Shown: positions 50,024 to 59,046 of the stretch, one piece after another
Numbering within the stretch: the first letter of the stretch is position 1
How the letters are laid out: each line of letters begins with the position of its first letter
NCBI GenBank assembly: GCA_943787795.1
Contig: CALSNU010000006.1
Location: 32,001 to 96,000 of the forward strand
From: an uncultured bacterium
Lineage (GTDB): Bacteria; Planctomycetota; UBA1135; GCA-002686595
DNA: 64,000 nt
Direction of reading: 5' to 3'
Notes under the pieces: model-generated
What the model saw: the letters and a program-made list of their open reading frames with translations, nothing else
Databases searched by the model: none
What the model was told of the DNA's origin: nothing
Translations under genes and position numbers: made by a program

Positions 50024-51061
50024 TCAGCGCGGGAGCGTCGGGTCGGGAGCCGCCGTCTGCCGCCCGGTGCCCAGGAGCATCTTGAAGAACCTCTCCCGCT
50101 GGGGGGCACCGATGCGGTTGAACGTGCGATAGCGCGCGTGCTGGCCCGGCGCGAGGCCGTCGAAGTCGATGCCCCACAGGGGCGCGACGGAGTCGGGCAC
50201 CGCGGCGTACCTGAAGTCGCTCACCACCCCAGGGAAGCGGCGGTCCTCGATCAGGTAGCCCGCGCTGAAGAAGCGGAAGCGCTCGAGGTCTCGCCTCTGG
50301 ATGGAGTCGAGCCCGTAGCGGCGGATGAACGAGGCCTCGTCCAAGGCGGGGTGGACGCCCCCCTCCAGCGTTCGGGCCGGCCCGGTCCAAGGCGCCCGGA
50401 CCGCGTCCACGCGGAAGGTCCCATCCAGCTCATAGAAGCCCCTGTAGAGCACGTTGTTCCCGATCGACGGCCGCACCTCGAAGCGGGCCGGGGTGTGCCC
50501 GCGGGCCGCGATGGTCTCGGCGTAGGCCGCCCGGGCGCGGCCGACCTGGAGGGCGCAGAGCCCCATGTAGATGGCGGCGGCGAGCAGCCACCGTCGCGCC
50601 GGCGCCGGGCTCTTGCCCCTGATGGATCGCCAGGCGCCGCAGATGAGGAGGAGGGTGAAGACCGGGTCAACGATCGAGATGATGTTCCAGGCCACGCGGC
50701 CGCCCGTGAACGGCCACAGCAGATGCGTCCCATAGCTCGTGCAGGCGTCGAGGGGGCCGTGGGTCGCCCAGCCCATGGCGGCAGGCAGCAGGAGCGATCG
50801 AAGGCGCCACTTGCGCCGACCGATGAGCCACGTCAGCGCGGCGGCCATGAGGCCACCCACGGGGATGAATGCGAGGGCGTGGGTGAAGTGGCGGTGGTAC
50901 TCCAGGAAGAGAAGCGGGTCCGAAGAGGAGCGGATGAGCACATCCGCGTCCGGCAAGAACCCGCCGAGCCCACCGGCTACGGCGGCTCGGCCCTGGGTCC
51001 CCGGGCGCGACACCGCGAGGGCCGCCACGGCACCGAGCGTGACCTGAGTGAGGGGGTCCAT
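50024..51061 (-). CDS. Metal-dependent hydrolase (YdjM-like, membrane)
   Basis: MDPLTQ, LPDADV, HRHFTHAL, HGPLDACTSYG and IVDP motifs. Confidence 0.9.
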   Translation of the reverse strand: MDPLTQVTLGAVAALAVSRPGTQGRAAVAGGLGGFLPDADVLIRSSSDPLLFLEYHRHFTHALAFIPVGGLMAAALTWLIGRRKWRLRSLLLPAAMGWATHGPLDACTSYGTHLLWPFTGGRVAWNIISIVDPVFTLLLICGAWRSIRGKSPAPARRWLLAAAIYMGLCALQVGRARAAYAETIAARGHTPARFEVRPSIGNNVLYRGFYELDGTFRVDAVRAPWTGPARTLEGGVHPALDEASFIRRYGLDSIQRRDLERFRFFSAGYLIEDRRFPGVVSDFRYAAVPDSVAPLWGIDFDGLAPGQHARYRTFNRIGAPQRERFFKMLLGTGRQTAAPDPTLPR

Positions 51062-51120
51062 GTGGGAATAATAGGTGGAGCCGGTGAAGAGGTTTGGGGG
51101 CGGCAGTCGTGGACGGTGGT

Positions 51121-51164
51121 GCGATCCCGGGCGATCCCGGGCGGTCCCGGGCGGTCCCGGGCGG
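51121..51164. repeat. 10-bp tandem repeat GCG(A/G)TCCCGG x4
   Basis: Directly visible; intergenic, upstream of the hydrolase gene. Confidence 0.85.
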
Positions 51165-51336
51165 GGGCGCGCGGGTCAGGTCGGTCGCCGACGGTCACCG
51201 GCCTGTGGACACCGAGGACGCCGAGGGCACCGGATCCCGGTCCCGCGTCGGACCCTCGCCTCCTGCGACGCCTGTTCGCGGACCGGCCCTGCCTGGGGGC
51301 GAGCCGGCGCCTCTGGATCTCCGGCCGGGGTGCGGC

Positions 51337-52635
51337 TCAGCGCGGCAAGGTCACCTGCGCCTCGAAGCGTCGGCCTGGATCGCAGCTGAGGGCGGACTCC
51401 ACGAAGACCGCCCACGAGGTGGTCGGGATCGCCTTGTACACCTCCTCGCCGTCCACGGTGATCGAGACCTCCTCGTCGAGGTCCAGAAGCTCCGGGGTGA
51501 GGAGGACCGAGAGTCCTTCGACACCGAATCCATCGGTGGTGATGGCGATGGCGTTGGCCTCGGCGTCCACCTCGGCGATGACCAGGGCGTCCATGCGTGG
51601 TGCGGGCCAGTCGAGCCAGTAGAAGCGGGTCTTCCACGGGACCGTGGGCTGCCAGGTGATCTTCGTGGGGTGGGGTTGGCGAACGAAGCCATCGATCCGG
51701 TCCAACAGGGCGTCCGTGCCCCCCTTGGGGTAGCCATGGCCACGGTCGGAGACCTCCCAGTATTCAAAGTCCTCGTAACCGTCCCAGCGGGTCCGCGCGC
51801 GCCTCACGTCCCGGACGGCCGCCTGGTTGACGTCGGGCGGGACGCGCGGATCGTCCGTGCTCTGGAAGACGCACATGGGGAGGTTGCGGAGGTTGGGAAT
51901 GACGCCGGTCTCCATGCCGTAAATGGTCCCGTCGCGGTTGTAGATGGGCGACGGCGCTCCGGCAGAGGGGACCGCCGCAGCGAAGAGGTCGGCGTGGTGG
52001 GCACCCAGGGTCCAGGAGCCGAAGCCGCCCATGGAGTGGCCGCCGATGTAGATCCGGTCCGCGGGCACGCCGTAGGTCCGTCGCGCCTGGTCGATGAGTC
52101 CGACGATCCACTCCTCGGTTCCCGCGTCCACCCAGCCCCGCTCTGTGGCCTCGATGGCCTGTGGGAAGATCGCGACCCAGTCGCGCTTGGCGGCGGCGGC
52201 CTTGAAGGCGCCATGTGCGCCAGAGGCGTCGGCGGAGCCCACGCCTCCCCCGTGGAGGCCGATGAACAGCCCCTTGGGCTTCTTGACCTTGCCTGCCACG
52301 AAGTAGCGGCCCTTCTGCGGCTCGTCCCAGTACCAATACTCGCCCGCCTTCTTCGGAAGCGGGTCCTGCGCTCTCCAGGCCTTCTCGATGGCGGCGAGGA
52401 GCTTCTTGCGCTTGGTCCCCGTCGGGGCCGGCAGCTCCCCATAGGGCGCGAGGCGCGCGCGGACCGCGGCCTGGTCCTCCACGGAGACCGGGTCAAGGGC
52501 AAAGAGCGCTTCGAGCAGGGCGCGCTGGTCGCGGCCGCTGGGCGGCTTGTCCGCCCGCTCTGGCTCCTGCAGGGGAGCGCCTGCCGCGAGCGCGAGCGTC
52601 AGGAGGAGGGACGGGGCACCGAGGGGCGTGGCCAT
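51337..52635 (-). CDS. Exported alpha/beta hydrolase (esterase/peptidase)
   Basis: LHGGG, nucleophile GHSMGG, DPRV (Asp) and RGH (His). Confidence 0.85.
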   Translation of the reverse strand: MATPLGAPSLLLTLALAAGAPLQEPERADKPPSGRDQRALLEALFALDPVSVEDQAAVRARLAPYGELPAPTGTKRKKLLAAIEKAWRAQDPLPKKAGEYWYWDEPQKGRYFVAGKVKKPKGLFIGLHGGGVGSADASGAHGAFKAAAAKRDWVAIFPQAIEATERGWVDAGTEEWIVGLIDQARRTYGVPADRIYIGGHSMGGFGSWTLGAHHADLFAAAVPSAGAPSPIYNRDGTIYGMETGVIPNLRNLPMCVFQSTDDPRVPPDVNQAAVRDVRRARTRWDGYEDFEYWEVSDRGHGYPKGGTDALLDRIDGFVRQPHPTKITWQPTVPWKTRFYWLDWPAPRMDALVIAEVDAEANAIAITTDGFGVEGLSVLLTPELLDLDEEVSITVDGEEVYKAIPTTSWAVFVESALSCDPGRRFEAQVTLPR

Positions 52636-52850
52636 GGCGGGTGGAGGAGGCAGCGGGAGCGGGTTGGAATCGCCATGCTAGCGAGCGGGGACGTCGGCGG
52701 TCATGGCGCCAGCCAATGTTCAGGGGACGTTCGATGGGGCGGACGGCCGCTTCGGTGGGTGTGCGGTGGGCTGTAGATGCTTCGGCCCGTGCTATGTTGC
52801 GGGCTCTCCCAAGCCCGCTTCCATTGATCCCGGCCCACCTATAGACCGCC

Positions 52851-54245
52851 ATGGCTGACCCGACCGCTCACACGAACCCCACACGGCGCGAAGTCCTCAA
52901 GAACTCGAGCTGCCTCACGGCGAGCGCGCTGCTCGCGGGGACTCCGGTGGTGCTGCCGCCCGTCGGCGGGCAGGAGACCATCCACGTGGCCGTGGTCGGC
53001 TGCGGAGGAAGGGGCAGCGGCGCGGCCAAGAACGCGCTGCTCGTGAAGCGTGGCCCCACCAAGCTGGTGGCGATGGCGGACGTCTTCGAGGACCGGATCA
53101 ACTCGAGCTACGGCGCGCTCTCCGGAGAGCTCCCCGATCAGGTGGACGTCCCGGAGGAGCGACGCTTCCTCGGGTTCGAAGGCTACAAGGAGGCCATGGA
53201 CTGCCTGCGCCCGGGGGACGTCGTGATCCTCGCCACGCCCCCCGCGTTCCGGTGGGTGCACTTCACCTACGCGATCCAGAAGGGCCTGCACGTCTTCATG
53301 GAGAAGCCCGTCACCGTCGACGGGCCGAGCAGCCGCCGGATGCTCGCGCTGGGCGAGGAGTCGAAGAAGCGCGGGATGAAGGTCGGTGTGGGGTTGATGT
53401 CGCGCCACAGCCGGGCGATGCAGGAGCTCCACGAGCGGGTCCGTGCGGGAGAGCTCGGTGAGATCATCGCGCAGCGCGGGTACCGCATGCAGGGGCCGGT
53501 GGCCTTCTTCCGCTCCCTGCCCAAGCCGGAACACCTCACGGACCTCCAGTACCAGATCCGGCGCTTCCACAGCTTCCTCTGGGCCAGCGGCGGAGCGTAC
53601 AACGACTTCTTCATCCACATCATCGACCAGCTCGCCTGGATGAAGGGCTCGCGCCCCATCAAGGCGCAGGCGTCCGGCGGCCGCCACTATCGCTACAGCG
53701 ACGCGGGTGAGCGCTACGTGGATCAGAACCTCGACAGCTACTCCGTTGAGTACACGTACGACGACGGCACCAAGATGATGTTCGAGGGTCGCAACATGGT
53801 GAACTGCCAGACCCGCTTCTCGAGCTACATGCACTGCACCAAGGGCTCGGCGGTGGTCTCGGCGACCAGCGACTGCGGCCTGCCCTCGAGCATCCACTCG
53901 GATCAGAGTCTCAGCCGCAAGAGCCGGACCTGGACCTCGCGGGTGCCCGACGGCGAGCGCAACCCCTATCAGAACGAGTGGGAGGACCTCATCGCCGCCA
54001 TTCGTGACGACACGCCCTATCACGAGGTGGAGTACGGCGTCGAGGCCAGCATGCTCTGCAACATGGGGCGCATGGCCGCGCACACGGGACGTGAGATCTC
54101 CTACGAGCAGGCCCTCAACTGCGAGCAGGAGTTCGGCGTGGGCGTGGACCAGTTGACCATGGACTCCGCGTCGCCCCTCATGCCGGGCGAGGACGGGTTC
54201 TACGCGGTCCCCGAGCCTGGCATCAAGATCGACCGCGAGTACTGA
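52851..54245 (+). CDS. Gfo/Idh/MocA oxidoreductase with Tat signal
   Basis: TRREVLK, GCGGRGSGAA, LATPPAFR, HVFMEKP and IHIID motifs. Confidence 0.92.
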   Translation: MADPTAHTNPTRREVLKNSSCLTASALLAGTPVVLPPVGGQETIHVAVVGCGGRGSGAAKNALLVKRGPTKLVAMADVFEDRINSSYGALSGELPDQVDVPEERRFLGFEGYKEAMDCLRPGDVVILATPPAFRWVHFTYAIQKGLHVFMEKPVTVDGPSSRRMLALGEESKKRGMKVGVGLMSRHSRAMQELHERVRAGELGEIIAQRGYRMQGPVAFFRSLPKPEHLTDLQYQIRRFHSFLWASGGAYNDFFIHIIDQLAWMKGSRPIKAQASGGRHYRYSDAGERYVDQNLDSYSVEYTYDDGTKMMFEGRNMVNCQTRFSSYMHCTKGSAVVSATSDCGLPSSIHSDQSLSRKSRTWTSRVPDGERNPYQNEWEDLIAAIRDDTPYHEVEYGVEASMLCNMGRMAAHTGREISYEQALNCEQEFGVGVDQLTMDSASPLMPGEDGFYAVPEPGIKIDREY

Positions 54246-54281
54246 TCCCCAGCGGTTCCCCATCGGGCGGCGCCGAGCCCC

Positions 54282-54376
54282 GGCCCTCAGTCGTCGACCG
54301 GGCTCTCAGTCGCCGACCGGGCCCTAAGTCGTCGACCGAGCCCTCACGCGTCGACACGCCCCTCAGCCGTCGAGGA
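54282..54376. repeat. 19-bp degenerate tandem repeat x5 overlapping the asd stop codon
   Basis: GGCCCTCAGTCGTCGACCG, GGCTCTCAGTCGCCGACCG, GGCCCTAAGTCGTCGACCG, AGCCCTCACGCGTCGACAC, GCCCCTCAGCCGTCGAGGA. Confidence 0.75.
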
Positions 54377-55409
54377 GCCCACGCCGGTGGGCATCCTCGG
54401 CGGTCAGGATCGCGCCGCCGGCGGCGCCCCGGATGAGGTTGTGGCTCAGGGTGGTGAACGTCCACCGCCGCCCTCCGGCGTCGAGGGGAGCGGGGGGACC
54501 CACGCTGATGGCCAGTCCCTGGCCCCGGTCCCGATGCCCTCCCGGTCGCGGGTGCTCGGGTCCGTCCGCCACGTGGATCAAGGGGTGTGGCGCGGAGGGT
54601 AGGTCCGCGGCGCCCTCGAGCCCCGAGTAGGTGCGCCAAGCCGCGCGCATCTCTTCCTCGCTGGCAGCCGCCCCGAGGGTCACGTCGACGCAGAGGGTGT
54701 GTCCGTGGGTGACCGGCACGCGCATGCATGTGGCCTGTACCGTCACGTCGGCGGGCACCAGCGCTCCGCCCGGGTGCCAGCGGCCCAGGATCTTCGGGAG
54801 CTCACTCGCCATCTTGACGGCCTCGCCGGGGATGAAGGGGATCAGGTCGTCCTCGAGTTCCATGATCTCCCCAGCCTGGAGCCCCGCCCCTGATCGGGCC
54901 TGAAGGCTGACCACGCGGGCGGCACCGACGCCGAAGCGCGCCACCAGTGGGGCGATGGCGAGGGCGAGGCCCACGGTGGTGCAGTTGGGGTTGGCCACGA
55001 TGGCGCCGGAGCGGTCCTGCGCCGGGGCCAGAGCCAGGTGATCTCCGTTGATCTCGGGGATCACCAGGGGGACATCGGGGTCCATACGGTGGTGCCCGGC
55101 GTTGGTGAAGACCCACGCGCCATCCTCGGCGTAGGGCCCCTCCAGGCGTGCCGCGGCGCCGGGGCTGAGGCCGGAGAAGGCGACCTGGGTGGTCAACCGT
55201 TCGGGGGGCGACACCAGCCTCAGGTTCGCGACCTCCCCGGGCACTCCCGCCGGGCGCCGCCACCGTACGGCCTCGGCGTAGGGGAGGCCGGCGCTCTCCG
55301 GTCCGGCGACGAGCGTCTCGATCTGAAAGAGAGGGTGCCCCGCAAGGCGTTCACAGAACACCTGGCCCACGAGGCCTGTGGCACCCAAAACAGTCACGGG
55401 GATGGTCAT
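54363..55409 (-). CDS. asd: Aspartate-semialdehyde dehydrogenase
   Basis: GATGLVGQ, HRMDPDVPLVIPEIN, ANPNCTT, RVPVTHGH and HNLIRGAAG motifs. Confidence 0.93.
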   Translation of the reverse strand: MTIPVTVLGATGLVGQVFCERLAGHPLFQIETLVAGPESAGLPYAEAVRWRRPAGVPGEVANLRLVSPPERLTTQVAFSGLSPGAAARLEGPYAEDGAWVFTNAGHHRMDPDVPLVIPEINGDHLALAPAQDRSGAIVANPNCTTVGLALAIAPLVARFGVGAARVVSLQARSGAGLQAGEIMELEDDLIPFIPGEAVKMASELPKILGRWHPGGALVPADVTVQATCMRVPVTHGHTLCVDVTLGAAASEEEMRAAWRTYSGLEGAADLPSAPHPLIHVADGPEHPRPGGHRDRGQGLAISVGPPAPLDAGGRRWTFTTLSHNLIRGAAGGAILTAEDAHRRGLLDG

Positions 55410-55506
55410 GGCATGAGTCTAGGCGGCGGCGGGTCCGTGAGCAGCGGGTGAGACTGTTCCTCGGATCCGGATACCTGGGCCGGGGGCGGAGCTAGACTCC
55501 CTCGCC

Positions 55507-56265
55507 ATGCCCGCTCCCAAGTGTCATCCCCGCCCCCTGGTGCTGAAGTTCGGCGGGTCCATCTTGGGCGCGGAGCGCGGCGTCGAGCTGGCCGCGGAGT
55601 GCGTTCAGCGCGAGCGAGCACGGCACCCAGGGGCCGGCGTGGTGGTCGTGGTGTCCGCGCTTGGCGCCACCACGGACCGTCTCTTCGAAGAGGCGCGCGT
55701 CGAGTTCGGTGGGGATGAGGTGGCGACGGCGGGCCACGTCGGCGCTGGCGAGGCGGACGCGGTCCGGCTCATGGCCGCGGCCCTGGTGGCGCTCGGGACG
55801 CCGGCGCAGGCGTGCTCACCGCAGTGCCTGGGGCTGGTCACATCAGGTAGCGTCCTGGATGGAGATCCGGTGGCCCTGAACGTGGACGGTCTCCGTGACG
55901 AGCTCTACCCCGAAGGGGCTGGCCCGGCGGTGATCGTGGCCAGGGGCTTTGTGGCCCTCGACGCGAACGGACGGCCAAGCCTCCTCGGGCGAGGCGGGTC
56001 AGACCTGACCGCGCTGTTCGTGGCGCACCACCTGGATGCCTGCGATTGCGTCCTGCTGAAGGATGTGGATGGCATCCATGTCGGGGACCCCAAGGCGCCC
56101 GGAGACCGGACCCCCAGGCGATTGAGCGAGCTTGGCTTTGGCGCCCTCGAGGCCTTCGGAGGCCGTGTGCTGCAGCCCAAGGCGGCTCGCTTTGCGGTTC
56201 GTCACCGGCGCGGCTTTTCGCTGGGGAGCCTGGACCGGCCCGCCCTGAGGACACGGGTGGGCTGA
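55507..56265 (+). CDS. Aspartokinase-like protein, catalytic domain only
   Basis: LKFGGS, VVVSALGATTD, LGRGGSDLTA and KDVDG...DPK; ends at 252 aa with no ACT domain. Confidence 0.85.
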   Translation: MPAPKCHPRPLVLKFGGSILGAERGVELAAECVQRERARHPGAGVVVVVSALGATTDRLFEEARVEFGGDEVATAGHVGAGEADAVRLMAAALVALGTPAQACSPQCLGLVTSGSVLDGDPVALNVDGLRDELYPEGAGPAVIVARGFVALDANGRPSLLGRGGSDLTALFVAHHLDACDCVLLKDVDGIHVGDPKAPGDRTPRRLSELGFGALEAFGGRVLQPKAARFAVRHRRGFSLGSLDRPALRTRVG

Positions 56266-56339
56266 GGCCTCTCGACCTCGGCGCGCACGAGTCTCGCAGG
56301 GCCCTTCGGATCCCACCGTGGATCAGGTACAAGGGCGCA

Positions 56340-58028
56340 ATGCTTCGATCGATCGTGCTCGTGTCACTGCTTTCCTGGGCGGCGCTGGGCTGTGCCGACT
56401 CCTCGCTGGAGGCCGCTTCGTACGCTGAAGAGGTGGACCAGGGTGATCGCTCGGCCGGTGGCGCTCCGCGACTGGGCTGGCCTGACCTCGGGCTGCCGCT
56501 GCCGCAGCAGGACGTGGAGCATGGCTCCCCGTCTCTTGGGCGGGCTTCTGAGCTGGCTCCTGGGCTGGCCCCGGAAGACTCTTCGGTGCCAGCTTCAGCT
56601 CAGGCGCTGATCGAGACGGACCCGCGGCTGCCGGCGATCCCTTCCCTCACGGACCTGGACGCGAGGGAGACTCGACCGTTCAAGGGGGACCTTGAGGGGA
56701 TCCGAGAGCGTGAACTCCTGCGTGTCCTGGTGACCCCGAGTCGATCCGATTTCTTCGCCGCAGAGGGGAGGCTGCGCGGCTTCGAGTACGAGCTCTTCCG
56801 TGAGCTGTCAGAAGAGCTGGACCGTGAGCGCGCCGCGGGGACCCCGCCGATCCAGGTGGTGTTCATTCCCATGGAGACGGAGGACCTCATCCCGGCGCTG
56901 CTCGCCGGTCACGGCGACGTGATCGGCGCGTCGCTGACGGTGACCGAGGCGCGTTCCGCCCAGGTCGACTTCACGGAGCCTTACATGGGTGGGGTCCGGG
57001 AGGTGCTCGTCTCCCACGCCGGGGGTGCGGAGCCAGGGACCTGGGAGGACCTCGCGGGTGCCAGGGTCCACGTGGCGTCCGGGACGACGTTCGCAGCTGG
57101 GCTGGAGGCGCGGAGCGCCGACCTCGTTGCTGGCGGGCTCGATCCGATTCAGGTGGTCCCGACCGGCCGTGCGCTGGACGTCGAAGACATGCTGGAGCTG
57201 GTGCACTCGGGAGCGCTGCAGTACACGGTGTGCGATGACTACCTGGCAGGCCATTGGGCGGAGCTCCTGGACGGGCTCAGGGTTCACCCGGACCTCTACC
57301 TGCGGGAGGGCGCGAAGATCGCATGGGCCGTCCGGCCCGGCGCCCGGCAGCTCAAGGCACGGCTCGACGACTTCATCGGTCGGCACCGTCGAGGCACGCT
57401 CATTGGCAACGTCCTCTTCAAGCGCTACTACGGGTCGACGCGGTGGATCTCGAACCCCCTTCGGGTCCAGGAGACCGAGCGACTGACGTCCATCCTCGGG
57501 CCACTCATGGCGCACGCAGAGGCCCACGGCTTCGACTGGCAGCTGATCGCGGCCCAGGCTTATCAGGAGTCCAGGCTGGACCCTCGCGCGAGGAGCCGAT
57601 CAGGGGCTCTCGGGCTCATGCAGCTGCTGCCCGCGACCGCGGCGGACGTGGGGGTGACGAACCTGCTGGATCCCGAGCTCAATCTGCTGGCAGGATGCCG
57701 GTACATGGCGTGGCTCCGTGAGCACTTCGTGCAGGACCCCGACCTGGACGAGGAGGCCCGCATCCACTTCTGTCTCGCGGGCTACAACGCCGGGCCGTCC
57801 CGGGTTCGGCGCTGGAGGGAGGCGGCGGTCGGACGTGGCCTGGACCCGGACCGGTGGTTCGGGAGCGTGGAGCTGCTGGCGCTGGAGGACGTCGGGCTAC
57901 AGCCGGTTCAGTACGTGGGCAATATCTCCAAGTACCGGACGCTCTACTCGATGCTGCTGGACGGGGAGACGAAGCACTCCGAGGCCAGGGCGCGCCTCGA
58001 GCGCGCCCTCGTGGCGAGCGAGCGCTGA
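56340..58028 (+). CDS. MltF-like lytic transglycosylase (SBP_bac_3 + SLT)
   Basis: Lipobox ALGC; GFEYEL and VDFTEPY; AQAYQES, GALGLMQL and YNAGP. Confidence 0.88.
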   Translation: MLRSIVLVSLLSWAALGCADSSLEAASYAEEVDQGDRSAGGAPRLGWPDLGLPLPQQDVEHGSPSLGRASELAPGLAPEDSSVPASAQALIETDPRLPAIPSLTDLDARETRPFKGDLEGIRERELLRVLVTPSRSDFFAAEGRLRGFEYELFRELSEELDRERAAGTPPIQVVFIPMETEDLIPALLAGHGDVIGASLTVTEARSAQVDFTEPYMGGVREVLVSHAGGAEPGTWEDLAGARVHVASGTTFAAGLEARSADLVAGGLDPIQVVPTGRALDVEDMLELVHSGALQYTVCDDYLAGHWAELLDGLRVHPDLYLREGAKIAWAVRPGARQLKARLDDFIGRHRRGTLIGNVLFKRYYGSTRWISNPLRVQETERLTSILGPLMAHAEAHGFDWQLIAAQAYQESRLDPRARSRSGALGLMQLLPATAADVGVTNLLDPELNLLAGCRYMAWLREHFVQDPDLDEEARIHFCLAGYNAGPSRVRRWREAAVGRGLDPDRWFGSVELLALEDVGLQPVQYVGNISKYRTLYSMLLDGETKHSEARARLERALVASER

Positions 58029-58233
58029 GGGCGCGCCGGTGAGAGGGTGCGTGTCGCGGAGCGCTCGCGCACCGCGCGAGCAGGCCACAGGAGGCCTGGA
58101 TCCAAGGCCCATGCCCACCTCTCGCAGTGTCCACCTGGGCGCAGTGTCCACCTCGCGTGCCCCGCGCGTGTCCACCTGGTCGCATCCCGCTGCGGCGGGA
58201 CCGCAGGGCGGCGACGGCTGGCCGGGCCAGGGG

Positions 58234-59046
58234 CTAACCGAAGCGGCCTTCGATGTAGTCCGCGGTCTTCTGATGCTTCGGCGTGAGGAACATCTCGCCC
58301 GTGGCGCTGTGCTCGACCACCTCGCCCATCAGCATGAAGATGCACTCGTCGCTCGCGCGACGCGCCTGGGCCATGTTGTGGGTCACGATGAGGATCGAGT
58401 ACTCGCCGCGCAGCTGCCAGATGAGCTCCTCGACGGCCCGGGTCGCCTTGGGGTCCAGGGCAGAGCAGGGCTCGTCCATCAGGAGCACGCTCGGCTTGAC
58501 GGGTAGGAGGCGCGCGATGCACAGCTTCTGCTGCTCCTCGAGCGAGAGGGCCGTGGCGGCGCGCTTCAGGCGGTCCTTGACCTGGTCCCAGAGGAGCACC
58601 TCCTCGAGGGCCTTCTGCAGGACCTGCTCCTCCTCGTCGCGCTTGATCTTTCCGCCCTTGCTGAGGCGGTAGGCGAAGAGGACGTTATCTCTGATGGAGA
58701 GGGGGAGCGGGTTCGGTCGCTGGAAGACCATCCCGACCGCGCGCCGCAGCGGGGTGAGCTCGACGGCCGGGTCGAGGATGTTCTGGCCCAGCAGCTCGAT
58801 GTTGCCGGTGGTGCGCACGTAGCCCAGCCGCTCATTGATCCGGTTGATCGACCTCAGGAGGGTGGACTTGCCGCAGCCGGACGGGCCGATGAGCGAGGTG
58901 ACCTTGCCGTGGCGGACGTCAATGCCGACGTTGAAGAGCGCCTGGAAGTCCCCGTACCAGAGGCTGAAGTCTCGGACGCGAATGGCGGCCGTCGAGGGAA
59001 CAACGGCTGAGCCCGGTGCTTGAGGAGGTCGGGTGGTGTCAACCAA
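58234..59046 (-). CDS. pstB: Phosphate ABC transporter ATP-binding protein
   Basis: GPSGCGKST, GMVFQRPNP, DEPCSALDP, VTHNMAQA and YIEGRFG; signature variant LSLEEQQ. TTG start inferred. Confidence 0.92.
   Translation of the reverse strand: MVDTTRPPQAPGSAVVPSTAAIRVRDFSLWYGDFQALFNVGIDVRHGKVTSLIGPSGCGKSTLLRSINRINERLGYVRTTGNIELLGQNILDPAVELTPLRRAVGMVFQRPNPLPLSIRDNVLFAYRLSKGGKIKRDEEEQVLQKALEEVLLWDQVKDRLKRAATALSLEEQQKLCIARLLPVKPSVLLMDEPCSALDPKATRAVEELIWQLRGEYSILIVTHNMAQARRASDECIFMLMGEVVEHSATGEMFLTPKHQKTADYIEGRFG

Noticed and set aside
3999..54263. Long antisense or alternate-frame ORFs (e.g. 3999..5972, 22923..25013, 28257..30065, 30191..31861, 41376..42992, 52839..54263)
   Set aside because: They are shadows of real genes in high-GC DNA, with low-complexity Arg/Gly/Pro-rich or mirror-codon composition and no motifs.
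51121..54376. CRISPR-like appearance of the short repeats at 51121 and 54282
   Set aside because: The units are contiguous without unique spacers and too short, and no cas genes are present.
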